Source of the DNA: Acetatifactor sp.
GTDB taxonomy: Bacteria; Bacillota; Clostridia; Lachnospirales; Lachnospiraceae
Direction of reading: 5' to 3'
DNA length: 64,000 nucleotides
NCBI GenBank assembly: GCA_051880235.1
Contig: JBJENO010000036.1
Coordinates: 615 to 64,614 of the forward strand
The translations under genes were made by a program, and so were the position numbers. The notes beneath the pieces were generated by a model, which was given only the letters and a program-made list of their open reading frames with translations, was not told the DNA's origin and ran no database searches. Below are positions 19,631 through 30,089 of the stretch, one piece after another. Position 1 is the first letter of the stretch; the number at the start of each line of letters is the position of its first letter.

Positions 19631-20974
19631 CTAGAAAGAAAAAACAAACTCCGGATAGCCTGTTCCGACTGCCCAGATCAGTGTCCACAAAAGACACACC
19701 GCCGGCACCGCGATCTCTCCGAAACGATAAATTGCCATACCCAGACCGGATTTTGATTCACGGATCTTCTCCACCAGACTGTCCAAAACCCCGGATGCCA
19801 CCACTGCACCCACGATCAGATACACAAGATATTGTTCACTCAAAAAGAAGAACTCCCGATCCACCAGTCCACCCAGGCCAAGCAAAGACTTCCCGTACGG
19901 CAGCACCAGCGCCACATCCGACACGCCCAAAACAACTCCTGCTGCCAACACTATCAGATCTGTGTAAAGCATACGAATTGGTTTGGACAGTGCTTCCAAA
20001 AGATTGGAGAGCCCTATTTTTTCCAGACAAAGAAAGAATGCCAGGAACAGTCCGCAAAGCAAGGCTGAAAGACTCTTCTGCAGCCAAATGCCGGCAATAC
20101 CACCGGCCAGCAATGCCACTGTGCATTGCAGAAATCTGTTTTTGTGTTCCAGATCAAAGAAATCAAACAGTACACGCTTCAAAAATGCCGATACAGAACA
20201 GAGAAACCTGTTGCAGAAATCTGTGACAGACACAGAAAATGCAGGACGATGAAAGTTCTCCCGGATGGTGAATCCAAGCATCTTAGCCAGGCCTACCGCC
20301 AGATCTGCGTATCCGGAAAATGTAAAATACAGCCACATCAGAAAGGCGATCGCGCCCAGCCAGGCGGTTCCTGCGCTACAATTCTCCACGCCCCGGTGAA
20401 GGATCTCCCCCCACAGAGCCCCACAGCGATCTCCTAAAAAAACCTTCTTGGTGAGCCCAAAACAGATCCGTTTCAGTCCGTCCTTCACATGCTCCGGCGT
20501 GATAGAACGATGTCTGATCTGAGCCTCCATATCGCTGTATTGCAGAATGGGGCCTGCCATCCAAACAGGAAAGAAGGTCAGGTAGACGCCCAGGTGAATG
20601 GGATTCATGAAAGACTCCGTCCGACCGCTGTACACATCCATACAGTAGGAAATCCCATGAATTGCCCAGAAGGAGAGCGCCACGATGCTTCGTCCGGCGC
20701 CAAACATCAGTCCCCATAGGTTGAGACAGAGTGCCAGAAACAACACGAGTTTTCCGGACTTCTTCTCCTTCAGGTTATCCAAAAGCAGTCCGCACATATA
20801 ATTGGTCAAAACAGAAAGCATCAAAATGAGAAGGGTACGTCCGCTTCCCCAGGAGCAGACAAACAGGCTTCCCAAAAACAGAAGCAGATTCCTGCACTTT
20901 TTTGGAATCAGGTAATAAGCAACCATAAAGACCGGAAAAAACCGGAACAGAAACGTCACACTGTCAAAAACCAT
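19631..20974 (-). CDS. MBOAT (AlgI/PatA-like) membrane protein, catalytic His apparently absent
   Basis: MVFDSVTFLFRF, ISYCMDVY, FFP..AGPI, FSGYADLAVG and ENF motifs. Confidence 0.85.
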   Translation of the reverse strand: MVFDSVTFLFRFFPVFMVAYYLIPKKCRNLLLFLGSLFVCSWGSGRTLLILMLSVLTNYMCGLLLDNLKEKKSGKLVLFLALCLNLWGLMFGAGRSIVALSFWAIHGISYCMDVYSGRTESFMNPIHLGVYLTFFPVWMAGPILQYSDMEAQIRHRSITPEHVKDGLKRICFGLTKKVFLGDRCGALWGEILHRGVENCSAGTAWLGAIAFLMWLYFTFSGYADLAVGLAKMLGFTIRENFHRPAFSVSVTDFCNRFLCSVSAFLKRVLFDFFDLEHKNRFLQCTVALLAGGIAGIWLQKSLSALLCGLFLAFFLCLEKIGLSNLLEALSKPIRMLYTDLIVLAAGVVLGVSDVALVLPYGKSLLGLGGLVDREFFFLSEQYLVYLIVGAVVASGVLDSLVEKIRESKSGLGMAIYRFGEIAVPAVCLLWTLIWAVGTGYPEFVFSF

Positions 20975-21142
20975 CTTTTTTCTCCACAAAATACTTTGGC
21001 GTGAATCTATCTATCAGGGTCTTTTTTATTTTCTTATCTTATGCTAAAATGAGATTTATTTCAAGTGATATCTATGATTGTCGACATTGGATCAGAAAGT
21101 GTCTATTCCAATGTGCGAAAAATGCCCAACAAGGAGAATACT

Positions 21143-22699
21143 ATGAGCATACTGAATGTAGAACATCTGACCCACGGCTTTGGAGACAGAGCCATTTTCC
21201 ATGACGTATCCTTCCGTCTGCTGAAGGGAGAGCATATCGGTCTCATCGGTGCCAACGGCGAGGGAAAATCAACCTTCATGAATATCATCACAGGGAAGCT
21301 TCTGCCGGATGAGGGTAAAATAGAGTGGGCGAAGAATGTCCGGGTAGGCTATCTGGATCAGCACACGGTCCTCACACCGGGTCTTTCCATCCGCCAGGTA
21401 TTGGCATCTGCCTTTGACTTTCTCTACGAGATGGAGGCGCAGATGAACACGATCTGTGAGAAAATGGGCGAGGCCGGCGAGGACGAATTAGAGTCGCTGA
21501 TGGAGGAACTGGGTACCCTACAGGATCTGCTCACCATGCATGACTTCTATATGATCGACTCCAAGGTAGAGGAGGTAGGTCGTGCGCTGGGGCTTTCTGA
21601 CATCGGTCTGGAGAGAGACGTCACCGAGCTTTCCGGCGGTCAGCGTACGAAGGTCCTTCTGGGCAAGCTTCTGCTGGAGAAACCGGACATTTTGCTGTTG
21701 GACGAGCCCACCAACTATCTGGATGCAGAACATATCGAATGGCTGAAGCGTTATCTGCAGGAGTATGAAAATGCCTTTATCCTGATCAGCCATGATATTC
21801 CCTTTCTAAACAGCGTCATCAACCTGATCTACCATATGGACAACCAGGCACTGACCCGCTACGTAGGTGACTACGACAGGTTCCAGGAGGTCTACGCCAT
21901 GAAAAAGGCCCAGCTGGAGGCCGCCTATAACAGACAGCAGAAGGAAATTGCGGATCTGAAGGACTTCGTAGCCCGCAACAAGGCGCGGGTGGCCACAAGA
22001 AACATGGCAATGTCGCGCCAGAAGAAGCTGGATCGGATGGACGTGATCGAGCTGGCAGCGGAGAAACCCAAGCCGGAGTTTTTCTTCAAGGAGGCAAGGA
22101 CCCCGGGACGGATTCTCTTTGAGACCCATGATCTGGTCATCGGCTATGAGGAACCTCTGTCCAAGTCCCTGACCCTTTCCATGGAACGGGGTCAGAAGAT
22201 CGTGCTGGTGGGTGCCAACGGTATCGGAAAAACCACCTTGCTCAAGAGCATTCTGGGGCTGATCAAACCTCTCTCCGGGACGGTGGAACAGGGAGACTAT
22301 CTGGAGATCGGTTACTTCGAGCAGGAGATGTCCGGCAACATGGACAACAGCTGTATCGAAGAGATCTGGCAGGAATTCCCCGGCTTCACCCAATACGAGG
22401 TTCGCTCCGCCCTTGCAAAGTGCGGTCTGACCACCAAGCATATCGAGAGCAAGGTCAGGGTCTTAAGCGGTGGCGAGCAGGCCAAGGTACGCCTGTGTAA
22501 GCTGATGAACCGGGGCACCAACCTTCTGCTCTTAGACGAACCCACCAACCATCTGGACGTAGAAGCCAAGGCAGAACTGAAGCGAGCCCTGCAGGAGTAC
22601 AAGGGCAGTATCCTTATGGTATGTCACGAGCCCGAGTTTTATGAGGGTCTGGCCACCGATGTCTGGGACTGCACCAGGTGGACCACACGAATTTTCTAA
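21143..22699 (+). CDS. yfmM: ABC-F ribosome-associated ATPase, YfmM-like
   Basis: Two ABC domains with a linker and no TM segments; closely resembles recalled B. subtilis YfmM (HGFGDRAIF..., NKARVATRNMAMSRQKKL). Confidence 0.85.
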   Translation: MSILNVEHLTHGFGDRAIFHDVSFRLLKGEHIGLIGANGEGKSTFMNIITGKLLPDEGKIEWAKNVRVGYLDQHTVLTPGLSIRQVLASAFDFLYEMEAQMNTICEKMGEAGEDELESLMEELGTLQDLLTMHDFYMIDSKVEEVGRALGLSDIGLERDVTELSGGQRTKVLLGKLLLEKPDILLLDEPTNYLDAEHIEWLKRYLQEYENAFILISHDIPFLNSVINLIYHMDNQALTRYVGDYDRFQEVYAMKKAQLEAAYNRQQKEIADLKDFVARNKARVATRNMAMSRQKKLDRMDVIELAAEKPKPEFFFKEARTPGRILFETHDLVIGYEEPLSKSLTLSMERGQKIVLVGANGIGKTTLLKSILGLIKPLSGTVEQGDYLEIGYFEQEMSGNMDNSCIEEIWQEFPGFTQYEVRSALAKCGLTTKHIESKVRVLSGGEQAKVRLCKLMNRGTNLLLLDEPTNHLDVEAKAELKRALQEYKGSILMVCHEPEFYEGLATDVWDCTRWTTRIF

Positions 22700-22716
22700 T
22701 AGATTGGATCATTCAC

Positions 22717-24510
22717 ATGAAACAAAAAGAGAATCAAAAAGAACAAACCTTTTCTCTGATGCCCTATCTGTGGCGATATAAATGGAACTACCTGGCGGGA
22801 ATCATTGTGCTGATGCTGGTAGATCTGTTCAACCTGTACATTCCCCAGTACACCGGTGAGATCATCGACGGACTGTCCCGGGGCTTCGGCTCTTTGGAGA
22901 TCCGAGAGATCTTGATCAAACTGCTGTTGGCAGGTCTGGTCATCACAGTCGGCCGTTTTGGCTGGCGATACTTTATCATCGGCGCCTCCAGAGGCATCGA
23001 ATATCGCATCCGCAACGACTTATTCCGCCATATCGAGACCCTGTCCGCACGATTCTACAACAGTCACAAGACCGGCGATCTGATGGCACATTTCACCAAC
23101 GATCTGCAGTCCATTCGCATGGCGGTAGGCATGGCCGTGATCACCGCCTTCGACGCCGTAGTGATGACCCTGATGGTGTTGGTCAAAATGATCGTATATG
23201 TGGATCTGAGGCTTACCGTTCTCGCCTTTGTCCCCCTCACGTTTGTTGCAGTGGGCTGTTATTTCTACGGCATCGAATCCAAGAAGCGGCAGACCAGAAA
23301 GCAGGCTGCCTTCTCTCATCTCTCCGACAAAGCCCAGGAGAGCTTTGCAGGAATCCGGGTGCTGAAGGCATTTGTCCAGGAAAAGGAGGACTATGCATCC
23401 TTCGCTGCCGCAGGCGAAGACTGTATGAAGAAAAATCTGTCTGTGGTAAAGCTCCGCACCGTGTTTGGGCCTTCTTTGGATGCCATCACGGGAATCAGCC
23501 TTCTGCTGACCTTACTCTTCGGCGGCAGAATGGTGCTGACCGAAGCGATCTCCATCGGACAGTTTGTGGCTTTTCAATCTTACATCGGCATGCTGGTCTG
23601 GCCCATGATCGCCTGCGGCGACTGTATCAACAATTTCTCCCAGGCTGCTGCCGCCCTTGGACGCGTGGGAGCCATTTTCGCCGAGACTGCTGACATTGTA
23701 GATCACACACCCTCTGACGGCACCCCGGTGAAAGAGAGCATACAGGGTGAAATCACCTTAAAGGACCTGTCCTTTACCTACCCGGACAGTGAATCTACCG
23801 TGCTTTCCCATATTGACCTCCACATTCCCGCCGGGGAGATGCTGGGCATCCTTGGAAGGACCGGAAGCGGCAAATCCACTCTGGCAGAATTGATCCTACG
23901 GGTCTATGACTGTGAGAAAGGAAGCCTCCTCATCGACGGCACTCCCATCGACGAGATTCCCCTGGCACTTCTTCACAAAAGTATTGCCTACGTTCCTCAG
24001 GACAACTTCTTATTCTCGGATACTCTGGAAGAAAATATCGCCTTTGGACTGGAAGAGAGGATCGCAGACGCCCCCGGTCTTCACAGCGCCATCGAAGCCG
24101 CTGCCAAAGAAGCCTGCATCCATGACAATATCTGTGAATTCCCGGACAGGTATCAGACTATCGTGGGAGAACGGGGCGTCACCCTGTCCGGCGGGCAGAA
24201 GCAGCGAAGCAGCATTGCGAGAGCACTTCTGCCGGATGCACCCATATTGATTCTGGACGACTCTTTATCAGCGGTCGATACCGACACTGAGGAAAAAATA
24301 CTGAACAATCTGCTGCGTCTTCGGAAGGGCAAGACGACCATCATCATCGCCCACAGAATTTCTACCCTGAAGCAGGCAGACCATATCGCAGTATTGTCCG
24401 ACGGAGTTCTCTCAGAATATGGCACCCACGAGGAACTGTTATCGCTTGGTGGATTCTATGCACATATCAACGAGAAACAACAACTGGAACAGGAATTGTC
24501 CAATATCTGA
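22717..24510 (+). CDS. ABC exporter, fused TMD-NBD (heterodimer subunit A)
   Basis: TM domain plus GRTGSGKS, LSGGQKQR and LDDSLSAVD. Confidence 0.93.
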   Translation: MKQKENQKEQTFSLMPYLWRYKWNYLAGIIVLMLVDLFNLYIPQYTGEIIDGLSRGFGSLEIREILIKLLLAGLVITVGRFGWRYFIIGASRGIEYRIRNDLFRHIETLSARFYNSHKTGDLMAHFTNDLQSIRMAVGMAVITAFDAVVMTLMVLVKMIVYVDLRLTVLAFVPLTFVAVGCYFYGIESKKRQTRKQAAFSHLSDKAQESFAGIRVLKAFVQEKEDYASFAAAGEDCMKKNLSVVKLRTVFGPSLDAITGISLLLTLLFGGRMVLTEAISIGQFVAFQSYIGMLVWPMIACGDCINNFSQAAAALGRVGAIFAETADIVDHTPSDGTPVKESIQGEITLKDLSFTYPDSESTVLSHIDLHIPAGEMLGILGRTGSGKSTLAELILRVYDCEKGSLLIDGTPIDEIPLALLHKSIAYVPQDNFLFSDTLEENIAFGLEERIADAPGLHSAIEAAAKEACIHDNICEFPDRYQTIVGERGVTLSGGQKQRSSIARALLPDAPILILDDSLSAVDTDTEEKILNNLLRLRKGKTTIIIAHRISTLKQADHIAVLSDGVLSEYGTHEELLSLGGFYAHINEKQQLEQELSNI

Positions 24511-24530
24511 CAGATGCAAAGAGGTACCCC

Positions 24531-26306
24531 ATGAATACAAGAAACGACGATACCATTGAATCCCATTACAGGGGAAATGCTTTACTCCGCCTGTTGGCGT
24601 ATATGAAGCCCTACCGTTTATCCGTAGCGGTATGCCTTCTCTTCGTGCTGATCCTGACCGCCTTCGACCTCTATCGGCCGAAGCTGATCGGCAACGCCAT
24701 CGATGCCTTCCGGGAAAATGCAGACTATTCGATTCTGACAGATGTCTGCATCCGATACGGAATCGTACTGATCTTAAGCTTTGTACTGAATATCACGCAG
24801 ACCTGGCTGCTGCAGAAAACCGGTCAGCGCATTATCCTCACCGTTCGACTGGAGCTGTATCAGCACCTCCAGTCCCTGAGCAGTCGCTTTTTCGATCTGA
24901 CTCCCGTGGGAAAGCTGGTCACCCGGGTGACCAATGATGTGGAGGCGTTGGATGAAATGTACTCCGGCATTCTGGTCCGACTCTTCCGAAATGTCATCAA
25001 GATCATCGGTCTGGGAGCAGTGATGCTGCTGATGAACGCAAGACTGGCACTGATTTCCTTCCTTCTGCTGCCACCGGTCACCTTCATCACCATCGTTTTT
25101 CGCAGGATCGCCCGAGCCACCTATCGTGTCACCAGAAGCCGGCTCACCGACTTGAACACTTTTCTCTCCGAGAATATCTCCGGCATGCGCATTATTCGGA
25201 TCTTCGGAAGAGAACAGCGTAAGTACGAGGAATTCGAGGGGAAAAGCACAAAGCTGTTTCGGGCATTCTATCGGGAAATGCTTGTTTTTGCCATCTTTCG
25301 TCCCTTAATCTATGTGCTGAGCATTCTTGCTCTGGTCGTAGTGCTGGGAGTGGGAAGCACAGACGTACTTCAGGATGTGATCTCCATCGGTACCCTGTTC
25401 ATCTTTGCACAGTACATCCAGTCCTTCTTTGATCCCATTCAGGAGCTGGCAGAGCAATTCTCCACCTTGCAATCCTCCCTGGCCTCCGCGGAGAAGATCT
25501 TTACCATTCTGGACGACGAGACCATCATTCCGGAGGCAGAGAACCCGATCGTTCTGCCGAAGATCGTGGGGCGCATCGAGTTTGACCATGTATGGTTTGC
25601 ATACGACAATGAAAACTATGTCCTGCGGGATGTATCCTTCGTCATCGAGCCGGGACAGCGGGTGGCCTTCGTTGGCGCTACCGGTGCCGGGAAAAGCTCT
25701 ATCTTAAATCTGATCGGCAGGTACTACGACATCCAGAAGGGCCGCATCACCATCGATGGCGTGGATATCAGGCTCCTTGGCAAAGAGCAGCTGAGAAGTG
25801 CCATCGGTCAGATGCAGCAGGACGTGTTTCTCTTCCAGGGAACCATTGCAGGCAATATCAGACTCTACGATGAGGACATCACAGATGAGCAGGTCCGGAA
25901 GGCGGCCGAGTATGTGAATGCCTCCCACTTTATCGAAAAGCTGCCGAAAGGATACGACGAACCTGTATCAGAACGGGGCGCTACCTTCTCTGCAGGGGAG
26001 CGTCAGCTGTTGTCCTTCGCCAGAACTCTGGCCCACGACCCAAGCATTCTGGTAATGGATGAGGCCACAGCAAACATCGATACCGAGACGGAGCTGCTCA
26101 TTCAGGAGGCTCTGGATAAGCTGATGAAAGGACGTACCACCATCATGGTGGCCCACCGGCTGTCCACCATCCAGCACGCAGACTGCATTATGGTCATGCA
26201 CAAGGGAAAAATAAGAGAGCGAGGCACTCACCAGGAGCTCCTCGCCTTAGACGGAATCTATAAAAAACTATATGAACTTCAGATTCACCCGGCGACAACC
26301 ATCTGA
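24531..26306 (+). CDS. ABC exporter, fused TMD-NBD (heterodimer subunit B)
   Basis: GATGAGKS, FSAGERQL and DEATANID motifs. Confidence 0.93.
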   Translation: MNTRNDDTIESHYRGNALLRLLAYMKPYRLSVAVCLLFVLILTAFDLYRPKLIGNAIDAFRENADYSILTDVCIRYGIVLILSFVLNITQTWLLQKTGQRIILTVRLELYQHLQSLSSRFFDLTPVGKLVTRVTNDVEALDEMYSGILVRLFRNVIKIIGLGAVMLLMNARLALISFLLLPPVTFITIVFRRIARATYRVTRSRLTDLNTFLSENISGMRIIRIFGREQRKYEEFEGKSTKLFRAFYREMLVFAIFRPLIYVLSILALVVVLGVGSTDVLQDVISIGTLFIFAQYIQSFFDPIQELAEQFSTLQSSLASAEKIFTILDDETIIPEAENPIVLPKIVGRIEFDHVWFAYDNENYVLRDVSFVIEPGQRVAFVGATGAGKSSILNLIGRYYDIQKGRITIDGVDIRLLGKEQLRSAIGQMQQDVFLFQGTIAGNIRLYDEDITDEQVRKAAEYVNASHFIEKLPKGYDEPVSERGATFSAGERQLLSFARTLAHDPSILVMDEATANIDTETELLIQEALDKLMKGRTTIMVAHRLSTIQHADCIMVMHKGKIRERGTHQELLALDGIYKKLYELQIHPATTI

Positions 26307-27031
26307 GAATTGACACCGTCCAGCAGGCAGATGGCGCGGTTCGAGAGCACTGCCTCCGTGAAGTCATGAATATCCTTCAGTTTCTCCGGGAACACCATTC
26401 CGCCCCAGAGCATTTCTGTGTTGTGTTGGTCGGAACCGGCGGTCAGGGGCAGATGATGTTCTTTGGCATAGGCAACTGCCTGATCATTCCATTGAACATG
26501 TCTGTCCTCTTCTTTTTTTGTGAAGGAGGAATGAGAGGTATTGTAACCCTCCACTCCATCTACAGCCTCAGGATACAATTCGATCGTCTTAATATACCAG
26601 GCCTTTCGGAAGGGATGCGCCTGGACCACAATGCCGCCGCCTGCATGAACCAGCTGCAGCTGTTCTGCCACGGAAGCATCCCGGATCTCAGGGTGCTGCA
26701 GCAGCCATTCTTTTCCCAATCCATACACGAGAAATTCCGGCCCGCCATAGCCGGATTCCCATCCGAAGAAAACCTGTAGTCCCAGCTTATCTCCTTCTGC
26801 CTTGGCATTCTCATATCCCTTGCAAAAGCCTTCCACCCATTCCCTCCAGGAAAGCGTCCTGTCCACAGCCGTGTTGCCATAGAAAAAATGATTGGTGATG
26901 ATAATGCCGGTGTAACCCGCCGCTGCATATGCTTCGGCGATCTCTGCCCCGGTGCTTCCGGCACAGGCGCTGCCCTCCGAGGTATGTAAATGTGTCTCGT
27001 ATAAATAGCCTTTTCCAATATATTTCATCAC
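26285..27031 (-). CDS. PHP-domain phosphoesterase
   Basis: ETHLHT, ITNH, QAHPFR and AGSDQH motifs. Confidence 0.9.
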   Translation of the reverse strand: MMKYIGKGYLYETHLHTSEGSACAGSTGAEIAEAYAAAGYTGIIITNHFFYGNTAVDRTLSWREWVEGFCKGYENAKAEGDKLGLQVFFGWESGYGGPEFLVYGLGKEWLLQHPEIRDASVAEQLQLVHAGGGIVVQAHPFRKAWYIKTIELYPEAVDGVEGYNTSHSSFTKKEEDRHVQWNDQAVAYAKEHHLPLTAGSDQHNTEMLWGGMVFPEKLKDIHDFTEAVLSNRAICLLDGVNSQMVVAG

Positions 27032-28428
27032 AACTTCTCCTGTCCTATCGCTTTCTCATTCTCCAACTGTTCCAATTCCTTCAGCACGCTCAGTCCCATG
27101 GGAATGGAAACGCACAGCGTCAGGGTATCAGACCAGGTCTGGCACATCTGCACGCCCAGAAGACCAAAGAAATAGGGAAGCAAAAAGATCAAAGGTATAA
27201 AGAAGATCCCCTGTCTCGCCGCAGCCAGAATAGAAGCCTTGGCTGCCTTGCCGATAGACTGCAGCGTCATATTGCAGATCACGATCCAGGCGTTGAATGG
27301 AAACACAACGCAATGGAGCTTTAGTGCCAATGTACCGATTCGAATGACATCGGCATCTTCCTTTCGAAAGAACCATACCAGCTTCTCTGCAAACACAAAT
27401 CCGCTGACCGATATCACAACCAGAAAGACCAATGCGGTCTTCACACAGAACGCGAAACCTTCCCGCACCCTTTTGTACTGCTTTGCACCATAGTTCATAC
27501 CGCATACCGGCTGGAAGCCCTGTCCAAAGCCGATCAGTGCGGAATTTGCAAACATACTGATACGGCTCACAATGGACATTCCTGCAATGGCTGCATCCGC
27601 CATCGCTCCCGCATACAGACCTGCCGCATGATTTAAGCAGATATGTGCCAGACTTGCCAGACCCTGTCTGCACAGAGAAGGGAAGCCTCCCCGGAAGATC
27701 TCCCGGTAGAAAGCCACGGACGGCTTAAAATTCGAAAACCGGATCCGTATATTGCCGCCCCGCCTGCTCATGAGAAGCAACAGAAAGAAGCTGGTGATCT
27801 GACTGATGATCGTAGCCAGAGCCGCTCCCGCAACCCCCATTTCCAAATAGAAGATAAAGAAGGGATCCAGTCCGATATTCAAAATCGCACCTGTCACGAT
27901 TCCCACCATGGCATAGGATGCACTTCCCTGAAATCTGAGCTGATTGTTCAGCACCAGCGAAGACATACTAAAGGGGCAGCCGATCAGGATAATGCGCAGA
28001 TAGTCCCTCGTATAGGGAAGAATGGTCGGGGTGGAACCCAACAGTTTTGCAAAAGGAGTCACAAACGTGATCCCCAGCACAGAGGCAGCCAGTCCCACGA
28101 GAAAGCAGCTGAAAAACCCTACCGCCGACATTCGGTTGGCTTCCTCATAATCACCGGCGCCAAGCGCTCTGGAAATATAATTTCCGGAGCCATGACCGAA
28201 AAAGAATCCGCAGGCTTGTATCAGGGCCATCACGGAAAACACGATCCCTACTGCTCCTGTTGCCTGGGTATTGATCCTTCCCACGAAATAAGTATCTGCC
28301 ATATTATAAAAAGAGGTGACCAACATACTGATGATGGTGGGAACCGCCATCTGCCGCACCAGCTTAGGCACCGGCTGGCTGAGCATATATGCCACTTTTT
28401 CCTGTTGATTCATTTTACGAACATTCAT
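27028..28428 (-). CDS. MATE family efflux transporter
   Basis: YNMADTYFVG, LNIGLDP and GVAGAALAT motifs; about 12 TM. Confidence 0.95.
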   Translation of the reverse strand: MNVRKMNQQEKVAYMLSQPVPKLVRQMAVPTIISMLVTSFYNMADTYFVGRINTQATGAVGIVFSVMALIQACGFFFGHGSGNYISRALGAGDYEEANRMSAVGFFSCFLVGLAASVLGITFVTPFAKLLGSTPTILPYTRDYLRIILIGCPFSMSSLVLNNQLRFQGSASYAMVGIVTGAILNIGLDPFFIFYLEMGVAGAALATIISQITSFFLLLLMSRRGGNIRIRFSNFKPSVAFYREIFRGGFPSLCRQGLASLAHICLNHAAGLYAGAMADAAIAGMSIVSRISMFANSALIGFGQGFQPVCGMNYGAKQYKRVREGFAFCVKTALVFLVVISVSGFVFAEKLVWFFRKEDADVIRIGTLALKLHCVVFPFNAWIVICNMTLQSIGKAAKASILAAARQGIFFIPLIFLLPYFFGLLGVQMCQTWSDTLTLCVSIPMGLSVLKELEQLENEKAIGQEKL

Positions 28429-30089
28429 CTTCTCTTACTGTCCTCGTTCTTATTCACAATAATACTCTCGTAGAGATCCAGTCCGAAGCTGGTCAGTTCC
28501 GGCTCATGCTGGATCATCTTGAAGGTTCTGCGCCCATTCTCCAGGCGCTGGGCACAGAGGAACGTCGTCTTCGGATTCTCGCCGGACGCTTCCATCTGTT
28601 TCGTCTCCTCGTACACCTTCTTTGCAAAGGAGAGCAGATGCGTAACGGTGAGGATCTTGACTCCGGCCTCCTGCAGAGCTTTCACGATATCATAGGCGAT
28701 CACCGAACCCTCCTTCTCCGTGGTGGTAGCAAAGGATTCATTCAGAAGAATGATAGAGCGCTCGCCAAGATGCTCAATGATCTGATTCATACGTCCAAGC
28801 TCCTCATCCAGACGGCCGCTGTTCATGGCGCTGTCCTCTCTTCTCGTAAAGTGAGTGAAGAAAGAAGGAAATATCCCGCTGGCATAGGAGGAGGCGGTCA
28901 CCGGCAGACCACACTGCATACACACCTGCGCGATGCCGATACTGCGCAGGAAAGTAGATTTTCCGCCCTGATTGGCACCGGTGACGATGAGAAGGTTTTT
29001 CTCCTCAATGTCACAGGTATTTCCCACCGCATTGACCCGCTGCTCGATACACATCACAAACTCCTTCAGATCCGTAAACTGCAGCGTATTCTGAGCGCAG
29101 ACAGTGGGAAAACAGTGATCCAGTCCCAATCTTTTCATGTGATGGACCAGGTTTACCGCCCCCACGTAAAATCCCATCTGCAGGCGCAGCTGATCAAAGA
29201 AATCGTCAAAAAACTTCAAAAAAGGCTCGCAGAAGGACATCACATATCTGACCACCTCAAACTCCAATGCACTGGTCTGCTCCCTGACGGGGGAATCTGC
29301 CGCCAGAGGAATCACATTTCCATTTCGATTTTGCAGGAAACCCTGGACCTTTGAAAGCGTGCTGTTGGGATCCCGATACTTCTTCGTCTGGGTCTCTACC
29401 TGCTGTAATACAAAGCCCTCCAGCTTCATTCCGTCCCCGGCAGTAACGCCAAATACGATTCGAGGCAGATCCACCGTGAGTTTTTCCCCCGGATACCGGT
29501 CCTCGTCGTTGCCCCGGTCACTGATATAAAATGCAATCTGATCGGCGATCGTTCGATAATGCTGCTCCACTTCCTCGGAAAACTGCTCTCGCAATCTGTC
29601 CCTGAGGGCACAGAATCCTTCCGATTTCAGATCCGCAGCCTCATCAAAGAGTGTTCGAATCCTGGCCAGGCCCTTCAGAAACAGTCGCAGCACCTGAATA
29701 TCCATCATCAGGTCGCCCACCGGGTTTCTGCTCCCGGTTCGTTTTCTCTCCTGACGTCCCAGATGGGCCCACTCCCGCAAAAGATCCGTGAGCTCACTGT
29801 ACAATTCCCGTGCAAACTGCTCATGGTTCAGACAATCTTCCAAAATCGCTTGTCTGTAGGCTATTTCCTCGTTTGTTTCAAGGGGCACCCCCATCACACG
29901 CTTCATCGTCTCCTGTAAGAAAGGATCTGTCTCCGTAATACCTTTGACCTCATCCCTCTCATAGATCACAGCCCGGGAGGCCATGCGAAACAGAATATGT
30001 AAGCTTAAGTCCTGTACAATGCTGCCGTAATCAAAGTAAGGCTCCGGCGACTTCCAATCTTTCTCCCGATACAACAAATAAGTATTCAT
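28425..30089 (-). CDS. MutS-related ATPase (domain V only), subunit B
   Basis: TGANQGGKST, SGRLDEEL, LLNESF and VTHL motifs. Confidence 0.88.
   Translation of the reverse strand: MNTYLLYREKDWKSPEPYFDYGSIVQDLSLHILFRMASRAVIYERDEVKGITETDPFLQETMKRVMGVPLETNEEIAYRQAILEDCLNHEQFARELYSELTDLLREWAHLGRQERKRTGSRNPVGDLMMDIQVLRLFLKGLARIRTLFDEAADLKSEGFCALRDRLREQFSEEVEQHYRTIADQIAFYISDRGNDEDRYPGEKLTVDLPRIVFGVTAGDGMKLEGFVLQQVETQTKKYRDPNSTLSKVQGFLQNRNGNVIPLAADSPVREQTSALEFEVVRYVMSFCEPFLKFFDDFFDQLRLQMGFYVGAVNLVHHMKRLGLDHCFPTVCAQNTLQFTDLKEFVMCIEQRVNAVGNTCDIEEKNLLIVTGANQGGKSTFLRSIGIAQVCMQCGLPVTASSYASGIFPSFFTHFTRREDSAMNSGRLDEELGRMNQIIEHLGERSIILLNESFATTTEKEGSVIAYDIVKALQEAGVKILTVTHLLSFAKKVYEETKQMEASGENPKTTFLCAQRLENGRRTFKMIQHEPELTSFGLDLYESIIVNKNEDSKRR

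Noticed and set aside
21143-22699. Antibiotic-resistance ABC-F
   Set aside because: Resembles housekeeping YfmM; no leader attenuator seen upstream
27643-29354. 276-aa and 321-aa plus-strand ORFs
   Set aside because: Antisense shadows of the MATE and MutS-like genes
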